The notes under the pieces were generated by a model, which saw only the letters and a list, made by a program, of their open reading frames with translations, was not told the origin of the DNA and did no database searches. Shown in pieces: positions 19,403 through 30,263 of a DNA stretch of 64,000 bases. A program made the position numbers and the translations under genes. Source of the DNA: Deltaproteobacteria bacterium (lineage in GTDB: Bacteria > Desulfobacterota_D > UBA1144 > Nemesobacterales > CSP1-2). Location: the NCBI GenBank assembly GCA_052390235.1, contig JBQTHB010000003.1:224001-288000 (forward strand), read 5' to 3'. How positions within the stretch are numbered: the stretch's first letter is position 1; each line of letters starts with the position of its first letter.

Positions 19403-20455
19403 ATGAGCATTGCAAAGCTATTTGTCTATGGCACGCTCCTTCGCGGCGAGGTGCGAAGCCCACATCTAGCCGAGTGCGCCCTAATTAAAGCCGCGTCGGT
19501 TTCGGGCAGTCTCTACGACACCAAAAGAGGGTATCCTGCCGCCTTGTTCGATGCGCGCGGAGAACCCCAAATTCTGGGAGAACTCTACGACTTATCAACT
19601 GCTCCCAATTTGCAGGAGAAACTGGGGGAGCTTGACGAAGCGGAAGGGGTCGAGGGCGGCCTCTATAAAAGGGTGGAATTGAACCTCGGCGGCGTGCGGG
19701 CATTTGCCTACGAGGCGGGGGAGGCGCTCAGGGCGGCTCTTGCGGATGAAACCCGAATTGAGTCAGGGGACTGGAGGCTTTACGGCTCATCGGCGCTTGA
19801 AGACCCCATAGGCTTTGTCAACAGATTTGAAGCCGCCCAGAGGAGGGGTTACAGAAAATTCCCATCAGATGGATTTCATGAGCCGATATTTCTTCGGGGC
19901 AGAATCCCGATACTCATCGCCGCCCCCCACGCTACGGCTCATATGAGAATGGGCGAGCTAAAATCCGAGGAGAGGCACACAGCCGCCCTCGCCGCCCTGC
20001 TCCACATCACCGAGGGATGCCACGCCCTCTATACGAACTCCGCCTCAGAAATTGACCCGAATTACAGCGACGACTCACCGTTTAAACGCGCTCTCGCCGA
20101 GGTAGCGCGAGAATTCGGGATTGTAGCGGTTTTTGACCTGCACGGCACGACTCAAGAGCGAGCCGAGGGGATTTACCCCGGCGTTGGGCAGGGAGGGGAA
20201 TTTCTCAGGGGCAGAGGGTTCATTCTCAACGCCCTTTACGAGGCGGCTTCGCAGATGGGGATTTCCGTCGGCGGGCTTCACGTATTCCCCGCTTCGCGCC
20301 AGATGACGGTTACGAAATTCGCCTCAAGAGGGCTACATACATCCGCCATGCAGATTGAAATCAATAAGCGTCTGCGCGAGCCTGCCAGAGACCCCGCTCA
20401 ATTTGAAACTCTAGTCGCACTCCTGCGGCGATTCGTCTCATCGCTTGGATTTTAG
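19403..20455 (+). CDS. Gamma-glutamylcyclotransferase domain fused to a zinc hydrolase-like (N-formylglutamate amidohydrolase-like) domain
   Basis: N-terminal LFVYGTL and LDEAEG...YKR GGCT motifs; C-terminal AAPHA, FDLHG, MQIEI. Confidence 0.7.
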   Translation: MSIAKLFVYGTLLRGEVRSPHLAECALIKAASVSGSLYDTKRGYPAALFDARGEPQILGELYDLSTAPNLQEKLGELDEAEGVEGGLYKRVELNLGGVRAFAYEAGEALRAALADETRIESGDWRLYGSSALEDPIGFVNRFEAAQRRGYRKFPSDGFHEPIFLRGRIPILIAAPHATAHMRMGELKSEERHTAALAALLHITEGCHALYTNSASEIDPNYSDDSPFKRALAEVAREFGIVAVFDLHGTTQERAEGIYPGVGQGGEFLRGRGFILNALYEAASQMGISVGGLHVFPASRQMTVTKFASRGLHTSAMQIEINKRLREPARDPAQFETLVALLRRFVSSLGF

Positions 20456-20471
20456 GGTATATTTTCCCCCT

Positions 20472-21596
20472 ATGACCCCGAACGCGGCGACTCTCATAAT
20501 TGACTCCACGGAAAACAGCGCAGACCTCCTCTACAGATGCCAGTTTCACGCTCCCGACCCCGTCATCTTCATCGAATACGCGGGGAAGCGGATTATAGTC
20601 CTAAGCGACCTTGAGATTGACCGCGGGAGAGCCGAGGCTGATGTTGACGTGGTTCTATCGCTCTCGGAATACAGGAAAAAATCAGCGGGCGGCGCGCCGG
20701 CATCCTACTCCGGCGTTGTGGATGCCGTGTTCGCAGAGTTTCAAATTAAAGAGGCGCTTGTTCCCGGCGGATTTCCCATCAAATACGCGGACGAGCTTAG
20801 GGCGATGGGATATAAAATCTCATATAAACCGACTGAGCCTTATTTCGAGGGCAGGCTCAGGAAAACCCCAGAACAGGTCAATCACATAAGGCGCGCGCTG
20901 AGGAAAACAGCCGAGGCAATGAACCTCGCCACAGGGATGGTTGCCGCATCCGAAATCCGAGGGAAGAAGCTCTATTTGGAGGGAGCGATTCTCACCTCCG
21001 AGCGCGTAAAAGGGGAAATCAACGCCTACCTGTCCAAGCAGGGCTACACGGCGTCGCACACCATCGTCGCCTGCGGAGCGCACTCGGCAATGCCTCACCA
21101 CAGGGGCGAAGGGGCGATTTTTGCCGGGAAATCCGTCGTAATTGACATCTTCCCCCGCTCTCAGGAGTCGGGATACTTCGGCGATATGACCAGAACCGTC
21201 GTCAAGGGCGAGCCGCCTGCCAGACTCGAAGCGATGTACGAGGCGGCGCTGGAGGGGCAGAAGCTCGGCATTAGCCTCATCAGGCACGGCGCGAGGGCAA
21301 GAGAAGTGCATGAGGCGATAGTCGAGAGTTTCAGCCGGGCGGGGTTTAAAACCGGCTTGCAGAGCGGCAGGATGCAGGGGTTTATTCACTCGACGGGACA
21401 CGGGCTTGGGCTAGAAATCCACGAGCCGCCGAGGATCGGCATGGGCGATGAGACGCTAGAAGAGGGCAACGTCGTAACCGTTGAGCCGGGTCTATATTAT
21501 GCAAAGCTCGGTGGAATCAGAATCGAGGACGTCGTGCTTGTAACGAGAGACGGGTGCGTGAATCTCACAAAATGCCCGAAGAGGTTTAGGGTTTGA
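20472..21596 (+). CDS. Xaa-Pro aminopeptidase (M24B)
   Basis: [34 protein letters not shown]. Confidence 0.9.
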   Translation: MTPNAATLIIDSTENSADLLYRCQFHAPDPVIFIEYAGKRIIVLSDLEIDRGRAEADVDVVLSLSEYRKKSAGGAPASYSGVVDAVFAEFQIKEALVPGGFPIKYADELRAMGYKISYKPTEPYFEGRLRKTPEQVNHIRRALRKTAEAMNLATGMVAASEIRGKKLYLEGAILTSERVKGEINAYLSKQGYTASHTIVACGAHSAMPHHRGEGAIFAGKSVVIDIFPRSQESGYFGDMTRTVVKGEPPARLEAMYEAALEGQKLGISLIRHGARAREVHEAIVESFSRAGFKTGLQSGRMQGFIHSTGHGLGLEIHEPPRIGMGDETLEEGNVVTVEPGLYYAKLGGIRIEDVVLVTRDGCVNLTKCPKRFRV

Positions 21597-21682
21597 ATTA
21601 GCCCCAGCCAAACGCTGATTTTTTTAGAGATTTCTAAATCGTCCCTCCGCGCCCCGATTCTACAGCAAAGGATGCACTTAAC

Positions 21683-22630
21683 TTGGACACCATCACTCAC
21701 GGACTCATCGGGGCTTTATCGTCAAATACGGGCTTTGGGCAAAGAGCGGGTCGCATCGCCACAATAGCCTTTACGGCGGGCGCGGTTTTCCCCGACCTCG
21801 ACGTTATAGTTTCCCTCTTTGGAGCGGATTTATCCCTCAGACACCACAGAGGGGTTACCCACTCGGTCATTGCCGCCCCGATTTTCGCCGTCCTCATCGG
21901 CTGGATTATCACAAAACTCTCGTCTTATAAAAACTTCAAGGCGGCGGCGGGAATGGTCGCCCTTGGCATATACTCGCACATTTTCTTCGACCTCATCACC
22001 TCCTACGGCACGGTGGCACTCGACCCCGTGAGCGACGCGCGCTACGGCTGGAATCTAGTTTTCATCCTCGATGCGTTCATCTCGCTTCCCGTAATTGCGG
22101 GGCTTTTAATCTCGCGGAGAAAGCCCGAAGCCGCCCGAAAAGCCTCAGTCGCGGCGCTGGTGTTTCTAGGGTTTTATCTGCTTTTCTGCCTCTACGCGAG
22201 GGAGCTAAATTCGAGGGAAGTCATGGATTTCGCGCGCGGGAGGTCGCTCAGCGTCGTCAAATCCGAGGTATATCCGCGCCCGCTTGCGCCATATTTTTGG
22301 ATGGGGATTGTCGAGACCGACGGGGCGTTCTACAGGGTGCGACTCGCGGGAGGCAACATCGAGAGCATAGAGGAAATCCCAAAGCCCGAAGCAAACCGCT
22401 TCATAGAGCTTGCCAAGGGGCTTGATGCGGCAGCGCTCTATTTCTGGTTTGCCGATTTTCCCATCGCCTCGCACAGGGTAGAGGGCGAAAGGCACGTGGT
22501 TGAGTTCCGGGATTTGCGATTCGGCGTTGTGAGCGGCAGAACGCACCTGCCCTTTCGAGCCGAGTTTGACGCCGCCGGGGAATTAGAAGGGATTTATCTA
22601 AACGGCAGGAAAGTTCCAAATAGAAACTAA
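21683..22630 (+). CDS. Membrane-bound metal-dependent hydrolase (YdjM-like)
   Basis: DTITHGL, PDLD, HRGVTHS, SHIFFDLITSYGT; TTG start. Confidence 0.85.
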   Translation: MDTITHGLIGALSSNTGFGQRAGRIATIAFTAGAVFPDLDVIVSLFGADLSLRHHRGVTHSVIAAPIFAVLIGWIITKLSSYKNFKAAAGMVALGIYSHIFFDLITSYGTVALDPVSDARYGWNLVFILDAFISLPVIAGLLISRRKPEAARKASVAALVFLGFYLLFCLYARELNSREVMDFARGRSLSVVKSEVYPRPLAPYFWMGIVETDGAFYRVRLAGGNIESIEEIPKPEANRFIELAKGLDAAALYFWFADFPIASHRVEGERHVVEFRDLRFGVVSGRTHLPFRAEFDAAGELEGIYLNGRKVPNRN

Positions 22631-22651
22631 ACAGCGCGGGACGTAAAAGAA

Positions 22652-23425
22652 ATGGCGAAACAAAAATTTGAAGACTTAACCGAACTCTGCCGGTATCTGA
22701 GAAGCCCTGAGGGATGCCCGTGGGATAAAAAACAGACGCTCTCAACTCTCAAGGCTCATATCCTTGAGGAGGCTTACGAGGTCATACAGGCAATTGACGA
22801 AGCCGATGCCCAGGAGCTTCGAGAGGAGCTTGGCGACCTGCTCTTTCAAGTGATTTTCGCATCGCAAATCGCATCGGAAGAGGGAAAATTCAGCGTCGAG
22901 GACGTTATCGGCGAGCTTCACGCAAAACTCGTAAGGCGTCATCCCCATGTGTTCGGCGAGCAGAGGGCTAAAGACGCCGAAGAGGCGGTGCAAAGGTGGC
23001 AGGGGGAGAAACTCAAAGAGGGAGGGCGCAAGAGGGGGATTCTCGAAATCCCGCGCTCAGCCCCGGCGTTACTCCGCGCTCAGAGGATGGGCGAGAAGGC
23101 GTCTGAGCGGGGCTTTGATTGGCAGGCGGCGGCAGGGGTGATGGAAAAAGTGAGGGAAGAGCTACGAGAGCTGGAACAGGCAATCGAGGCGGGCGAGATA
23201 AAATCTATGGAGATGGAATTCGGTGATTTGATTTTCTCGATGGCTAACCTCGCCAGACACCTCAGGATTGACGCCGAAACCTCTGCCCAGAGCGCGGCGG
23301 ACAAATTCGCCGCGAGGTTTACCCGTGTGGAGAAACTGGCAAAGGACGCGGGCAGGAATTTAGTCGAGCTTACCCCTGCCGAGATAGACGCGCTGTGGCG
23401 GGAGGCGAAAAAAGCGGGGGAGTGA
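22652..23425 (+). CDS. mazG: Nucleoside triphosphate pyrophosphohydrolase MazG
   Basis: LRSPEGCPWD, EEAYEV, EELGDLL, RRHPHVF; two MazG domains. Confidence 0.95.
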   Translation: MAKQKFEDLTELCRYLRSPEGCPWDKKQTLSTLKAHILEEAYEVIQAIDEADAQELREELGDLLFQVIFASQIASEEGKFSVEDVIGELHAKLVRRHPHVFGEQRAKDAEEAVQRWQGEKLKEGGRKRGILEIPRSAPALLRAQRMGEKASERGFDWQAAAGVMEKVREELRELEQAIEAGEIKSMEMEFGDLIFSMANLARHLRIDAETSAQSAADKFAARFTRVEKLAKDAGRNLVELTPAEIDALWREAKKAGE

Positions 23426-23503
23426 TTAGCGAAATTACCCCGAAATCATAAGTCTGTCATATCGAGCGAATCGAAATACTAGATGGCGGCAGGCATATAT
23501 GAC

Positions 23504-24712
23504 CTAATATTTCCCCAGCGTCATCCCTACCAATTTCCACCCCTCATCAACGAAAACTCCGGTGCGGGCGGCTTCCTTCTCGGTGTAGGAGAGGGTCGCA
23601 TTTTTTATGCCGGTGTCCTTAGAGTCGAATATAGCAAATGGCACAGGCTCGCTTATATGAGTCCTGATGTCAAGCGGCGTCGGATGGTCTGAGAGGAGTA
23701 GCACTTTATAATCGCTGAATTTGCGCTTCAGCCCCTCTAGCACGGGCCCTACCACTTTACCGTCGAAATCCTCTACGGCTCGCACCTTCAGGTCGGGCTT
23801 TCCCTCATGTCCCGTTTCGTCAGTCGCCTCGATGTGTATCATCACCATATCAACCTCATCGAGCGCGCGCAGGGCGTATTCGACCTTCCCGGCGTAATTC
23901 GTATCGAGGTAGCCCGTAGCCCCCGGCACTTCAATTACCCGAAGTCCCGCATAGATGCCGATGCCCTTGACCAAATCCACAGCCGATATGACGGCTCCAT
24001 CAATTCCGTATAGCTCGCTGAAGGGCGGCATTTTGGGCGCTCTGCCCTGTCCCCAAAGCCAGATGCTAGTTGCGGGGCTTTTCCCATCAGAAATCCTCCT
24101 CAGATTTATCGGATGATTGCGAAGTAGCCCCTGGGATTTTTCAATGAGCCGTCTTAATCTGTCCGAGCCTTCGCCGCTTGGCAGATACGGCGCCGCTTCC
24201 CTGCCTGAGATGTCGTGAGGGGGCGTGGTTTTGAGCCCGTCTAGCCCGTTTTGCCAGATTAATAAATGCCTGTAGCTCACTCCGGGATAGAATTTCATAT
24301 CCTCGGATTCGAGTTCGCCCCTTATATCGAGGATAATTTCGCGCGCTTCTTCGGTTGAAATATGTCCCGCGCTGTAGTCCTCCATCAGGGTTTTACCCCC
24401 CTCATCGGCGAGGGTTACGAGATTGCACCGGAGAGCAACGTCCGAGGTTTTCACCTCGACCCCAATGCTCGCCGCCTCAAGCGGAGACCTCCCCGTATAG
24501 TAGAGATTAGGATTGTAGCCCAGCACCGTGAGGTTGCCCACGTCGCTTCCGGGGGGAAGCCCGTCGGGGATTGTCTTTACGAGACCGAATACGCTTCTGC
24601 GCGCAAGCTCGTCCATGTTGGGAGTCGCCGCATATTCCAGAGGGGTCTTCCCGCCTAACTGCTCAACCGGATGATCCGGCATTCCATCGCCTTGAAGTAT
24701 CACGAGTTTCAT
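23504..24712 (-). CDS. apgM: Cofactor-independent phosphoglycerate mutase (ApgM type)
   Basis: GDGMPD, GKTPLE, PGSDVGN, HIEATDETGH, DHPTP. Confidence 0.9.
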   Translation of the reverse strand: MKLVILQGDGMPDHPVEQLGGKTPLEYAATPNMDELARRSVFGLVKTIPDGLPPGSDVGNLTVLGYNPNLYYTGRSPLEAASIGVEVKTSDVALRCNLVTLADEGGKTLMEDYSAGHISTEEAREIILDIRGELESEDMKFYPGVSYRHLLIWQNGLDGLKTTPPHDISGREAAPYLPSGEGSDRLRRLIEKSQGLLRNHPINLRRISDGKSPATSIWLWGQGRAPKMPPFSELYGIDGAVISAVDLVKGIGIYAGLRVIEVPGATGYLDTNYAGKVEYALRALDEVDMVMIHIEATDETGHEGKPDLKVRAVEDFDGKVVGPVLEGLKRKFSDYKVLLLSDHPTPLDIRTHISEPVPFAIFDSKDTGIKNATLSYTEKEAARTGVFVDEGWKLVGMTLGKY

Positions 24713-24785
24713 AGCCAAAGAGAGTAAACAGATTTCCCGGTTCTATCAAGTGGGCGGCAGTTCAAAATACCGACCCGCTCCCCAT

Positions 24786-24848
24786 TGTCATTTCGAGGCA
24801 AAGCCGAGAAATCCTAAACAAGATTCCTCTCTGCCGTTCGGAATGACA
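24786..24848. repeat. TGTCATT...AATGACA palindromic element
   Basis: TGTCATTTCGAGGCAAAGCCGAGAAATCC...AGATTCCTCTCTGCCGTTCGGAATGACA. Confidence 0.75.
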
Positions 24849-24976
24849 CATCGCTAGCCGTAATTAGGGGGAGGGCGGCAGGCGGCTCATCAGCAGAGCG
24901 ACTACAACTCCGTATGCCAAAATCCTGCATCGTGTATAATGAATCATCCGAGACCTGTGAGGTGAGGAGCGTTAAG

Positions 24977-26113
24977 ATGAGCAGAAGAATCCTAGGCGGC
25001 AGAGACAGCGTCAAAGTAGCCGTAGCCCAGGCGTCCCCCGTGTTCATGGACAAACAAAAAACCGTCGAGAAGGCTTGCAAATTTATCCTTGAAGCCGGAC
25101 GGAACGGAGCGGAACTCATTGCCTTCTCCGAGGCTTTCATCGCCGGCTACCCTGCCTATTACACCGTCGGATACGAAACCCATCCCCAAGAATGGACGGA
25201 TTACATGATAGGGCTTCAGGACAATTCCCTCGTAATTCCCGGCGAGGACACCGAAATTTTATGCGAAGCCGCCCGCAGAGCCGGATGCTACGCCGTTATC
25301 GGATGCAACGAATGCTCAAGCCGCCCCGGGAGCCGAACCATCTATAACACGCTCCTGTTCATCGGTCGGGATGGGAACATCCTGGGCAGACACAGAAAAC
25401 TCATGCCCACCTACACCGAGCGCGTTTACTGGGGGCAGGGCGACGGGAGCGACATCAAAGTGTTTGACACCGACATCGGCAGAATCGGCGGGCTAATCTG
25501 CTGGGAGAACCACATGACCCTCGTCAGGGCGGCGATGATTCACCGGGGGGAGGAATTTCACATAGCTGTGTGGCCCGGAAACTGGAAGCGGGGGGAAACC
25601 GCTCTTCTTGCCGCCGACACCAGCCCTCAGGGCGGGCTCTGCAATTTGCAGTCCCTCATCCGAGTCCACGCCTTCGAGGCGGGGGCGTTCGTGCTTAGCG
25701 CGTGCGGCATATTAACATCGCAGGATTTCCCGCAAAAATGGGAGGGAGTGCGAGACGGCAATCACATTAACTACTCGTGGGCGGCGGGTGGAAGCTCGGT
25801 CGTGAATCCCGCCGGGCGGTACTTGGCAGAGCCGAATTTTGAAAAAGACGCTATACTCTACGCCGAGTGCCATGCGAATCAAATCAAAGCCGTCAAAGCC
25901 GTGTTCGACGCTCTGGGGCATTACTCGCGCTGGGACGTCGCCCGGCTTGAGGTGAGGCAGGAGGGATGGACGCCGGAGATGCCATTTACGGATTCGCCGC
26001 CGCGGGCGGGACTCCCTCAGAGCGAGATTCGCAGGATTTCGGATAAATACGAAATCGGCGCTGAAAAGCTGGAATCGCTGATTGAGGAAATCGCAAAGTC
26101 GCTGAAAAGCTAA
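24977..26113 (+). CDS. Nitrilase (carbon-nitrogen hydrolase)
   Basis: E-K-C triad in FSEAF, HRKLMPT, LICWENH; GHYSR; start moved to ATG 24977. Confidence 0.9.
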   Translation: MSRRILGGRDSVKVAVAQASPVFMDKQKTVEKACKFILEAGRNGAELIAFSEAFIAGYPAYYTVGYETHPQEWTDYMIGLQDNSLVIPGEDTEILCEAARRAGCYAVIGCNECSSRPGSRTIYNTLLFIGRDGNILGRHRKLMPTYTERVYWGQGDGSDIKVFDTDIGRIGGLICWENHMTLVRAAMIHRGEEFHIAVWPGNWKRGETALLAADTSPQGGLCNLQSLIRVHAFEAGAFVLSACGILTSQDFPQKWEGVRDGNHINYSWAAGGSSVVNPAGRYLAEPNFEKDAILYAECHANQIKAVKAVFDALGHYSRWDVARLEVRQEGWTPEMPFTDSPPRAGLPQSEIRRISDKYEIGAEKLESLIEEIAKSLKS

Positions 26114-26187
26114 TGCGCGGGAATCAATCTCTCGTCCTTGCGGCGCTCGGCAACCTCGCAAAATATAAATGACACAGACAGCACGCC

Positions 26188-26709
26188 ATGATGAAAACAC
26201 TCGCCGCCGCCTTATTTATATTGATTGCCGCCTCGCGCTCCATTGCCGCGGATGTGGAAACCCTAGAGGTCGCCCCCTCGGTTGATTTATCCAGATACTG
26301 CGGGAAGTGGTATGAAATTGCGCGGCTTCCCAACCGGTTCGAGAAGAATTGCGCCGCAGACGTTACGGCTGAATACTATCCGGCTAAGCGCGGGGAGTTG
26401 AAAGTCGTAAACCAGTGTCGAAACGCCGAGGGAGCCGCCCGAAGAGCCGACGGAGACTCGAGGCTTGAGGTGAGATTCGCTCCCTCGTGGCTCTCGTGGC
26501 TTCCCTTTATGTGGGGGGATTACTGGATATTGGAGCTAGATGAGGATTACCGATACTCGCTCGTCGGCACACCGGACAGGAAATACCTCTGGATACTCGC
26601 AAGAGCGCCCGAAATTGAGCAACATCTCTACCTGAAACTTACGGACAGAGCGAGAGCCGAGGGATTTGATACGACTCGCCTTATAAAAACCCCTCACGCG
26701 CCGAAATAG
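26188..26709 (+). CDS. Bacterial lipocalin (Blc-like)
   Basis: RYCGKWYEIARLP, GDYWILELD, YLWILAR. Confidence 0.88.
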   Translation: MMKTLAAALFILIAASRSIAADVETLEVAPSVDLSRYCGKWYEIARLPNRFEKNCAADVTAEYYPAKRGELKVVNQCRNAEGAARRADGDSRLEVRFAPSWLSWLPFMWGDYWILELDEDYRYSLVGTPDRKYLWILARAPEIEQHLYLKLTDRARAEGFDTTRLIKTPHAPK

Positions 26710-26721
26710 CCCGCGGCAGAA

Positions 26722-27684
26722 TCACCTAGCGGCGTTTGCCTTGGTTCTGGTGATGGAGCCGATTTTCCCCCGAGCGTAGCCCGATTTGCGGGGGGCAACC
26801 ATCTGGAGATTATTGTAATTGGCTATTGCCATATCCCAGTTGCGCATGAATTCATAGCACTCGGCAAGGGAGAGATAGATTTTCTCCCTAAGCGCGTCAG
26901 CGACGGACACAAGCAAAAGCTCTTGGCTTATTTTGACGGATTTCTCGCAGTTGCCCTCTTTCTGCAGTCGGAGCGCGAGGGCGAATCTGGATTCAGCGTT
27001 TTGCGCCTGCGGCGGAGGCGCGCCTTGAGGGGGGGAATATAAACTGCTCGCCCCGGCTATTTCGAGGGATTTTGTACTCTGCGGCTCGGCATCCGCCGGA
27101 GGCTCGGATTCATTAAGGGCGGGGGCTTGGACTACAGGCTGAGGCTCAATTTGAACTGGCGCAGGGGAGGCGACGGCTTGAATCTGGGGCCCGGCATCCG
27201 GCAGAGGGGCTTGGGCAGGGGGGGGGTTCTCCGCCGCTGGGTTTAATTCAGATTTATCTTCGAGCCTAGACGAGTCCTGCTCAGCGGGAGGGGAAACTTT
27301 CCTAGCTATCACGCTAGTAGATGAAATATCGCCGCGCAGCCCTAATGACTTGAACGCTTCTTCGCCGTAGGAGAACCAGAAAAACAGGGCAATAGTAAAA
27401 CTCAGCGCTGGCACTAAAGCGGAGGAATAGAACCGCCTCCTCCAAAACGGCTTCTCGCCGCCAGTCTGCTTTTTTGCCCGCTCGGCTAACTTTGCCAGCA
27501 GTTCCGGGGAGAGTTGAGGAGAGGATTCTTCCTTGAGAATTCTCTTTATCTGCTTATAATCCTCTACCTCTCTAGCGCAGTCTGGGCAAACGACGAGATG
27601 TTTTTTTATCGCCTTCATCTGCGACTGGCTCAGATTGTTGCCGATAAAATCAATTAAAAGCTCTTCAAATTTATCGCAGTCCAT
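26722..27684 (-). CDS. zf-HC2 anti-sigma factor with TM helix, Pro-rich linker and C-terminal TPR-like region
   Basis: MDCDKF...HLVVCPDC (HxxxCxxC); one TM segment; overlaps the ECF sigma stop. Confidence 0.8.
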   Translation of the reverse strand: MDCDKFEELLIDFIGNNLSQSQMKAIKKHLVVCPDCAREVEDYKQIKRILKEESSPQLSPELLAKLAERAKKQTGGEKPFWRRRFYSSALVPALSFTIALFFWFSYGEEAFKSLGLRGDISSTSVIARKVSPPAEQDSSRLEDKSELNPAAENPPPAQAPLPDAGPQIQAVASPAPVQIEPQPVVQAPALNESEPPADAEPQSTKSLEIAGASSLYSPPQGAPPPQAQNAESRFALALRLQKEGNCEKSVKISQELLLVSVADALREKIYLSLAECYEFMRNWDMAIANYNNLQMVAPRKSGYARGKIGSITRTKANAAR

Positions 27685-28345
27685 ATTGCCGATCCTCTCT
27701 TTTCTCTCGCTCAAAGTAGCCCGCCTTAATAAAAACCTCGCGCAAATTCTGGAAAGCGTACCTAAGGCGGCTCTTCACCGTGCCAAGCGGGGACTGCGTA
27801 ATCTCGGCAATTTCCTGCAGGGACAGCCCCTCGACCTCCCGCAGCACAAAAACCTCTCTGAATTCCTCCCTCAAATCCCCGACGGCTCGCCGTAGCAGAG
27901 CCTGAGTTTCGCCGTCAATCGCGCTCTGTTCCTGGTCGGCGGCTTGAGCGCCCAAGATGTCCCGCAGGGAAAAATCTCCCTCCTCCGAGACAGCGCCGTC
28001 AAGCGATGAGTAGCATCTTAGGCGCTCCGTCCGTAAATAATCTATGCAGCGATTTCTCGCAAGCGTATATAGCCAAGTGGTGAATTTCTGCGCCGCGTTA
28101 AACTGACCTCTCTTCTCTATTACTTTTATGAACACCTCTTGGAGCAAATCCTCAGCGCGCGGCGCGTCAACCTTAGCCATTTTCATTATGAACCGCATCA
28201 CCGGGCGCCCGTGGCGGCGCAGGAGGAGGTCGAAAGCCCCTGAATCGCCGTTTTGGAATCTGGCCATAGCGTCCTCGTCCTTTGGCTCTTTTACAACGGC
28301 TGATTTTAATGATCCAAGCACGGAAGCGCCCACCGGCTGTCGCAT
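27671..28345 (-). CDS. ECF RNA polymerase sigma factor
   Basis: AEDLLQEVF, FTTWLYTLARNRCID, SLQEIA...GTVKSRL. Confidence 0.92.
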   Translation of the reverse strand: MRQPVGASVLGSLKSAVVKEPKDEDAMARFQNGDSGAFDLLLRRHGRPVMRFIMKMAKVDAPRAEDLLQEVFIKVIEKRGQFNAAQKFTTWLYTLARNRCIDYLRTERLRCYSSLDGAVSEEGDFSLRDILGAQAADQEQSAIDGETQALLRRAVGDLREEFREVFVLREVEGLSLQEIAEITQSPLGTVKSRLRYAFQNLREVFIKAGYFEREKREDRQYGLR

Positions 28346-28472
28346 ATTAATTACATTATACGATAAAAATCGAGAGCGGTTTTATTAATTTTTCATATTT
28401 ACAACAATTGCCCCACAGCCGCGCCGAGGGTGAACCTAGCGCGCGGTTTAAATCCTGTATAATATATCGCTT

Positions 28473-28715
28473 ATGAAACCCGAAGAGATAAAAGCAATGA
28501 TTGAGAGCGGACTTGCCGGCTCAGCGGTAAATGTGGATGGCGATGGAACTCACTTCGAGGCAGAAGTGATCTCAGCGGAGTTCAAGGGGAGGACGCTTCT
28601 CGAGAGGCATAAAATGGTCTATTCCGCCCTGGGAGAGGCGATGAAAGAGCGCATCCACGCCCTGTCGCTCAAGACCTATACGCCTGAAGAGGCAGATAAG
28701 CGGGGACGCAGATGA
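28473..28715 (+). CDS. BolA/IbaG family protein
   Basis: GDGTHF, RHKMVY, IHALSL; adjacent to a CGFS glutaredoxin. Confidence 0.9.
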   Translation: MKPEEIKAMIESGLAGSAVNVDGDGTHFEAEVISAEFKGRTLLERHKMVYSALGEAMKERIHALSLKTYTPEEADKRGRR

Positions 28716-28790
28716 ACCGCATCCACTGAATCCGCCCGGCGAGGAATTGGGCGGGCAACTAAATAAAATAAAAAAGGAGGTATTCTCAAA

Positions 28791-29108
28791 ATGGCTGAAG
28801 AGATAATACAGAAAATCCAGTCCGAGATAGACCGCAACAGGATTTTAATCTTCATGAAGGGGACGAAGGATTTTCCACAGTGCGGCTTTTCGGCGAGAGT
28901 GGTTGAGATATTCAAATCCTACGGCGTGCCGTTTGAAACTGTGAACGTGCTGTCGAGCCCGGAGCTCAGGCAGGCTATCAAGGAATTCTCCAACTGGCCC
29001 ACGTTTCCACAGGTCTATATCGGGGGCAAACTCGTTGGCGGATGCGATATTTGCGTTGAGATGAACCAATCCGGCGAGCTAAGGGAACTGGCAACGGCAA
29101 CAGAGTAG
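28791..29108 (+). CDS. grxD: Monothiol glutaredoxin (CGFS type)
   Basis: PQCGFS, WPTFPQ, GGCD. Confidence 0.95.
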   Translation: MAEEIIQKIQSEIDRNRILIFMKGTKDFPQCGFSARVVEIFKSYGVPFETVNVLSSPELRQAIKEFSNWPTFPQVYIGGKLVGGCDICVEMNQSGELRELATATE

Positions 29109-29277
29109 CGAGCGGGTTTCAGGACAAGATTCCTCGCTGGAGTATACGGCGATACCCTCGAAGCGGCAAATAACCGCCCGTTCTCCGATTGGCGGGAGGC
29201 GAGATATTTTCACCGCATACAACAACTTAAGATGAGTGCCCGATTCGAAAACATCAGCGGCTAAAGCGGCAATTTAA

Positions 29278-30219
29278 ATGGGAAAGAGAATTCTAATCAC
29301 CGGAGGCGCGGGGTTCATCGGCTCGCACCTGTGCGAGAGACTCCTCGGCGAGGGCAACGAGGTCGTCTGCGTTGATAACTTCTTCACGGGCGCAAAGGAG
29401 AACATAAAGCCTCTCATGGGGAATCCCTATTTTGAGGTGATGAGGCACGATATTTGTTTCCCCCTCTACGTCGAGGTTGACGAGATTTACAACCTCGCCT
29501 GCCCTGCCTCGCCCGTGCATTACCAATTTGACCCCGTGCAGACGACAAAGGTCAACGTCTCCGGCTCGATAAATATGCTGGGGCTTGCAAAGCGGCTCAA
29601 AGTCCGAATTTTCCAAGCCTCCACAAGCGAGGTCTATGGCAATCCAAGCGTTCACCCCCAGCCGGAGAGCTATTGGGGAAACGTCAACCCAATAGGCACT
29701 AGAGCCTGCTACGACGAAGCCAAGAGGTGCGCTGAAACCCTCTTTTTCGACTACCACAGACAGCACGGGTTAGACATCAAAGTCGTGAGGATTTTCAACA
29801 CCTACGGGCCCAGAATGCACCCAAATGACGGGCGCGTAGTGAGCAATTTTATTATTCAGGCGCTTCGCGGAGAAGATATTACTGTCTATGGCAACGGCTC
29901 TCAGACGCGGTCTTTCTGCTACGTTGACGACCTTATCGAAGGATTTGTGCGCATGATGGACACCGAAAGGGGATTTACGGGACCTGTGAACCTGGGCAAT
30001 CCCAGAGAGGTAACCATTCTAGAGCTGGCGACGATGATTATCGAGCTTACCGGCTCTCGCTCGAAGGTGGTTTTCAAAGCGCTCCCTCAGGACGACCCAG
30101 AGAGGAGAAAGCCCGATATTTCCCTCGCCAACGGGAAACTCGGCTGGCAACCCACGGTGCATCTCGAAGATGGACTCAGAACGAGCATAGAGTATTTTAA
30201 GGGAAAGCTCGGGATTTAG
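29278..30219 (+). CDS. UDP-glucuronate decarboxylase-like SDR
   Basis: [42 protein letters not shown]. Confidence 0.9.
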   Translation: MGKRILITGGAGFIGSHLCERLLGEGNEVVCVDNFFTGAKENIKPLMGNPYFEVMRHDICFPLYVEVDEIYNLACPASPVHYQFDPVQTTKVNVSGSINMLGLAKRLKVRIFQASTSEVYGNPSVHPQPESYWGNVNPIGTRACYDEAKRCAETLFFDYHRQHGLDIKVVRIFNTYGPRMHPNDGRVVSNFIIQALRGEDITVYGNGSQTRSFCYVDDLIEGFVRMMDTERGFTGPVNLGNPREVTILELATMIIELTGSRSKVVFKALPQDDPERRKPDISLANGKLGWQPTVHLEDGLRTSIEYFKGKLGI

Positions 30220-30263
30220 AGCCGGCTCTGGCCCCGACTGCCGAGAAGCACAGAAACGGGCGC

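Noticed and set aside
19116..19488. Short ORFs over the repeat region (also 55883-56194 and 60448-60913)
   Set aside because: They are translations of palindromic repeats (VIPA.../WIPA...GMT) with no independent coding evidence.
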